Below, piece by piece: positions 59,986 through 64,000 of a stretch of 64,000 nucleotides of DNA. Below the pieces are notes generated by a model that saw nothing but the letters and a program-made list of their open reading frames with translations, was not told the DNA's origin and searched no databases. Position 1 is the first letter of the stretch. The number at the start of each line of letters is the position of its first letter. The DNA is taken from positions 54,426 to 118,425 of the IMG/VR virus record IMGVR_UViG_3300013121_000009; one strand, written 5' to 3'. The DNA comes from a virus (taxonomy: Duplodnaviria; Caudoviricetes). Made by a program: the position numbers and the translations under genes.

Positions 59986-60737
59986 TTTATTATGTAGTAT
60001 AATTCTTCTGCAATTGATTTAATAATTACTGCTTTATCATAAGAAATATCTAAAATAGATCTAGCTTGATACCAGTCAGATTTATTTAAGTTAAAAAAAT
60101 CATCTAAATCCCTTCCTGTATATTTTCCATCTCTCATTCCTATAATAAGAACTTTAGATGCAATTACTGGGTCTAATAGAAGTTCAGGTTTATTAATCAA
60201 ATCTATGTTAAATCCCAATCTATTTAATAGGATAGTAAATCTTTCATAATTTACATACCAAGCTAACTTATAGAAACCTCTACCAAAGTAGACTTTCCCT
60301 GTTCGCTTATCTGGAATTCCATATGTTTTTCCTCTACCTTTATCTATCTCTTCCCTAGATCTAAAAGTCTTATTAGTCTCCCAAAGTACAGTTGCTAATA
60401 TATATGCAACCATTCTTAAGTCTGTAACATCAAGTTCAATACATTCATATAATAAAGTACCAATGTTCTCTTTTGATGTACTATCTAGTTGTTTTTTAAA
60501 CTTAGAACCTTCTAGAAAATTGATAATTACATCAACCGTCTGCTTAAGATTCTCCATTTTAAGTCTTGGAGGTGAAGGTAACATTACCTGATTTTTAGGA
60601 ATTTTTAATTCTTGACCTATAAAATAGTTATTAGGTTTTATAATCTCATTTATACCCATAAGATCTGTAACACTAACTCCTAATTTTTTAGCGATTGAAA
60701 TTAAATTCTCCCCTTCTTCTATCTGATATTTCTCCAT
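59982..60737 (-). CDS. LysM + GH19-like protein
   Basis: YQIEEGENLISIAKKLGVSVTDLMGIN..GQELKIP LysM; AYILATVLWET..YFGRG..NY GH19-like. Confidence 0.8.
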   Translation of the reverse strand: MEKYQIEEGENLISIAKKLGVSVTDLMGINEIIKPNNYFIGQELKIPKNQVMLPSPPRLKMENLKQTVDVIINFLEGSKFKKQLDSTSKENIGTLLYECIELDVTDLRMVAYILATVLWETNKTFRSREEIDKGRGKTYGIPDKRTGKVYFGRGFYKLAWYVNYERFTILLNRLGFNIDLINKPELLLDPVIASKVLIIGMRDGKYTGRDLDDFFNLNKSDWYQARSILDISYDKAVIIKSIAEELYYIIK

Positions 60738-60750
60738 GTTTCTTTATTTA

Positions 60751-60798
60751 AAGAAGAAAAGGAGGAGCTTATTATAAAATAATCCTCCTCCTCCCTTC
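60751..60798 (-). terminator. probable intrinsic terminator after the 654-aa gene
   Basis: Imperfect GGAGGAG..TTATT/AATAA..CTCCTCC stem followed by TTTTCTTCTTT on - strand. Confidence 0.6.
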
Positions 60799-60814
60799 AT
60801 TAAGTTACTTAATA

Positions 60815-62779
60815 TTATCTGTACAGGTTACCTGTATGGTCAGAGCTTACTAAGTCAGGTCTAGCAGAGATAATCCATCCTTCAAGAACATTCTCGAAAT
60901 CTGTAGTGTCTGCTTCTTCTGGGAATGCGAAAGTCAGTGTTGTTCTGATATCCATACCACCATAACCCAAGTTTTTGTTGTATTTGTCAATTGCTTCGAA
61001 TTCTAAGTAGTAGAACTTGAAGAATTTAGAAGTGTCAATGAAATCATAGTTATAACCATAAATTTCTCTCCATCTCTTATCATCAGTGTAGTGTTGTCCT
61101 TTAAATGACATATTTTCAATGTAGTCTCTAAGAACTGTCTCACCTGTACCTGTTGGGTATTTAGGAGCTTGAATTAGAGTTACTGGCCATTGTTCGACAC
61201 ACTCATCAGCATTATCCCAAATTGAAGGAGTATTTTGACGAACTGTAATCTTAGGGATATCAAGTTCTACAAAATCATCATATTGGAATGAGCATTTGCC
61301 AAATTTAGTATCAACATATCCACCAACTAATTTAATACCAATGTTATCAATTGCATTACCTGTTACAGTATCACAAGGGCATTCAGTCCAATGGAAACCT
61401 TTATAAGGATCTAATGTACCAAATGTTGGGATTCCTGTTTCACACTCATCTTCTAACACTAAGTCAGAGTAGATTTCAATTGTGAATGAGTTAGCACATG
61501 AACCATCAGTATCTTGAGCTAGTGAACTATCTACCACCATTGGGTTATCTGCATATTGAGCTTCTAGAGCTGCTAATGTATTAGAACCATCGGTATCACA
61601 TTCTTCATCTCCTACTACTAAACAAAGTGTTTTCTTAACTTTGTAAGGTGTAATAGTAGACTTAACCCAAGGAACTTCTACTGCTGAAGTAAGAACACAA
61701 ACTGGAGGGATTGTATCTACCAATACTACAGTATCTCCGCTTACAGCATTTGTGATAGGTGTTGTTGCACTTGAACCTCTTGCTTCATAAGTTGAAACTC
61801 CGTTAGCAAATACTAAACGAACTACAGTTGAAGCTTCAATATAAGCATCATAATCTGTATGAATATCTGTAAGAGCAGTAGATGAACCATCGTCAGCTCT
61901 TGTTATAAAGAATTTGTATTTAACATCTTCTCCTGTAAGTGTATATCCTGATGGACATTCTCCTGGGCAACCTTTGATAGTTACTACATTAGATGTAGAA
62001 TAAGGATCTGGATCTGGATCTGTACCAACTTGTACTAATGAATATGTACTAAAGATACCATCTCTTGATTCTAAAGTTACTCCTAATCCTGGATATGCAG
62101 CCTGAAGTGCAGCTAGATTTTGGATAGAGCCATCATCAGCAATTGTTAAAGTAAATTTCTTAAATGTAGTTTTATCAACACTTGGAGGTGTGGAATAAGC
62201 TACAATTTTCTCAGCTTTAACAAAAGGAGAAATTGTTTGACTTGCGTTAATTGCTTTTACGAAGTAGTCAACCATATTTTCTGGAAAAGCTACACAATCA
62301 TCTCCACCACAAGAACTAAATGTATAGGTATAAGTTTCAGTAAGAGGTTTAGCTCCAAAGAAACGAGATACTGGAGAACCTTCAACTTGTACAAACAAGC
62401 TATAGGTTTTACCACATTCTGCTGTGATAGTTTTACAATCTGTAACTCCATCCCAACCAATAGTAACTATTTGATTCTGAGGTCTTTGCGGAAGTGACTT
62501 TCTGTAAGCAATTAATTTACCAGCCTGAATAGGAACTGATTTTGTAGAAACAGATGAATTGGTCCAACCAATTTTATCTGGATTTGGGCTTCCTTGTGCT
62601 ATAATGATTTCTCTAACTGAAGAAGCAGATGTACCAACAGCAAGAGCTTTATAAGTCTGACTATTGAATAAACCAATTTGAAGAGGAACTAAATCTGCTG
62701 TAGTTTTAGTTGCATCTGTCAATACTGCTCCTGTTCCTACGAAATAATTGTAGCTTAAGGATTCTTTGTAATTTTGCAT
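60815..62779 (-). CDS. major structural protein, probable auxiliary capsid/decoration protein
   Basis: 654 aa, beta-rich, own upstream gap and terminator; position after ring gene as in crAss-like phages. Confidence 0.55.
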   Translation of the reverse strand: MQNYKESLSYNYFVGTGAVLTDATKTTADLVPLQIGLFNSQTYKALAVGTSASSVREIIIAQGSPNPDKIGWTNSSVSTKSVPIQAGKLIAYRKSLPQRPQNQIVTIGWDGVTDCKTITAECGKTYSLFVQVEGSPVSRFFGAKPLTETYTYTFSSCGGDDCVAFPENMVDYFVKAINASQTISPFVKAEKIVAYSTPPSVDKTTFKKFTLTIADDGSIQNLAALQAAYPGLGVTLESRDGIFSTYSLVQVGTDPDPDPYSTSNVVTIKGCPGECPSGYTLTGEDVKYKFFITRADDGSSTALTDIHTDYDAYIEASTVVRLVFANGVSTYEARGSSATTPITNAVSGDTVVLVDTIPPVCVLTSAVEVPWVKSTITPYKVKKTLCLVVGDEECDTDGSNTLAALEAQYADNPMVVDSSLAQDTDGSCANSFTIEIYSDLVLEDECETGIPTFGTLDPYKGFHWTECPCDTVTGNAIDNIGIKLVGGYVDTKFGKCSFQYDDFVELDIPKITVRQNTPSIWDNADECVEQWPVTLIQAPKYPTGTGETVLRDYIENMSFKGQHYTDDKRWREIYGYNYDFIDTSKFFKFYYLEFEAIDKYNKNLGYGGMDIRTTLTFAFPEEADTTDFENVLEGWIISARPDLVSSDHTGNLYR

Positions 62780-62879
62780 GTTTTTTTAATTTTTTGGTTA
62801 AAAATCTTTCTTTGTAATTTGTTTAAATTTTTCTTGTCGTTCAATATAATATAACATAATTTCCTAAATTATCCTAACT

Positions 62880-63581
62880 TTATTCATCTAATTGTAAATT
62901 TTGTTGAGCTATCTGATTGCCAAACTGGTTTTGGATATCTCCCTGAATAATTCGAGCTGTTTCATCTATACACATTTCTATAACATCTTCAGGTAATTCA
63001 GGATCTATATTAACAGAAGGAGTACCATCTAGTTTTATATACCCTTGAATATCAACCTCTTTAGGTTTTCTTAGATAAGTTAAGTCTAGATGAATAACTG
63101 AGAACTTATCTTGTGTATAAATTTTTATCTTATTCTTTACTAGGGTTACTACTGTTTCGCCCCATTCAAAGTTAGGATTCATGTTTTCGTTACCAAGAAT
63201 TGTATTTATATTTGATTCTTCTCCTTGGTAATTAAATAATTCTTTTAATTTACAATAAGGATTTGAAGCCGTTGTAGTAGACCTCACATATCTAAAATAG
63301 TTATCTGGTAATTCTTCTGTTAAGTAATATCCTTTCTTTCTGGTTACACTTAATCTTAAAGGGTCATCTGATAATAGATACTTAAAGTCTTCAACTCTCT
63401 TTCGAGTTGCTTCAAATCCTTGTTTGTAATTATTATTAGCTCCATAAAGTCTGTTTAATACAGACAATTGAGCCTTATTAAAGTCCTTAATTATCTCAAA
63501 GACAGGAATATTATCATAATCTTGGGTGTCTTTCTTATTTACCCTTTGTTTTACTTTTAATACTACGTCTTGAATTTTCAT
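62880..63581 (-). CDS. tail ring protein
   Basis: FNKAQ, ELPDNYFRYV, NPNFEWGET, TYLRKP; crAss-like synteny. Confidence 0.65.
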   Translation of the reverse strand: MKIQDVVLKVKQRVNKKDTQDYDNIPVFEIIKDFNKAQLSVLNRLYGANNNYKQGFEATRKRVEDFKYLLSDDPLRLSVTRKKGYYLTEELPDNYFRYVRSTTTASNPYCKLKELFNYQGEESNINTILGNENMNPNFEWGETVVTLVKNKIKIYTQDKFSVIHLDLTYLRKPKEVDIQGYIKLDGTPSVNIDPELPEDVIEMCIDETARIIQGDIQNQFGNQIAQQNLQLDE

Positions 63582-64000
63582 TAATAAACTTTAATTTCTT
63601 TTTCTACGTCAGCAAAAATCTCGTCATAAATATCCTTATTCTTTATAGAAGATAAGTATTTGAATGCATCATCTGGTATTCTTCCGAGCAATTGTCCTGT
63701 TTTTGCGTAGTATAATTCTCTTTCCTTATTCATTCGTATAACATTTAGGTAGATAGCATATTTAATAACTACTTTAAGAGTCAATTCTTCTCTATCCATT
63801 GTTGCTACTGTGATGAAATTCTTATAATAAGTTCTGCCATCCTGAGTTTTTACACCGTCAACAATCCCTTTAATATAGTCATCACCTCTTTTATATAACC
63901 TATCATCTGATTCTTGATTATATGATTTATCTGGGGCAAATAAATACTTGATAACAAGTAAGAATTTAGCTTTTTCTTTCGTAGATAATTCATCTAATAA
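63581..64000 (-). CDS. hypothetical protein, 5'-partial (structural module)
   Basis: Frame open from window edge (LLDELSTKEK...) through the 72-aa track ORF to TAA 63581-63583. Confidence 0.75.
   Translation of the reverse strand, partial: LLDELSTKEKAKFLLVIKYLFAPDKSYNQESDDRLYKRGDDYIKGIVDGVKTQDGRTYYKNFITVATMDREELTLKVVIKYAIYLNVIRMNKERELYYAKTGQLLGRIPDDAFKYLSSIKNKDIYDEIFADVEKEIKVY

Noticed and set aside
1145-62497. Many short antisense or nested ORFs in the ORF track (e.g. 3658-3861, 26095-26394, 56715-57143)
   Set aside because: They lie within long genes and look like shadow frames without motifs
1419-64000. Stop-codon reassignment as in some crAss-like phages
   Set aside because: Very long ORFs tile the window under the standard code, and TAA, TAG and TGA all act as stops at gene junctions
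1-64000. tRNA, CRISPR array, DGR or invertible tail-fibre system
   Set aside because: No cloverleaf, spaced repeat array, reverse transcriptase or recombinase seen; intergenic gaps are short

Overview
AT-rich fragment of a crAss-like (Crassvirales-type) phage of a probable Bacteroidota host, standard genetic code. Bases 1-1346 (+) are the end of a small-gene/DNA-metabolism arm (includes an HNH protein), closed by a bidirectional terminator. The rest (- strand, read right to left) is the virion module: ring/adaptor proteins, a probable auxiliary capsid protein, a LysM-GH19 protein, Cys-rich fibres, a lysis cassette (holin, membrane-anchored PAS protein, u-spanin, GH24 endolysin), a separately promoted metallophosphoesterase, an IHF-like protein, the muzzle/stabilisation protein, and giant ejected cargo proteins including a 4142-aa virion RNA polymerase (DFDID). 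Two free-standing GIY-YIG endonucleases and a 5-gene spike/fibre-like island interrupt the cargo genes. Most notable: (1) four otherwise almost Cys-free cargo proteins carry cysteines only at the termini that face each other, suggesting a head-to-tail linked chain, with one junction cutting a single domain in two; (2) a PAS-domain membrane protein inside the lysis cassette; (3) an L,D-transpeptidase-like domain fused to the virion RNAP; (4) a cassette-built polyvalent effector protein punctuated by xxGG motifs. All family calls come from motif recognition by eye; no searches were run.
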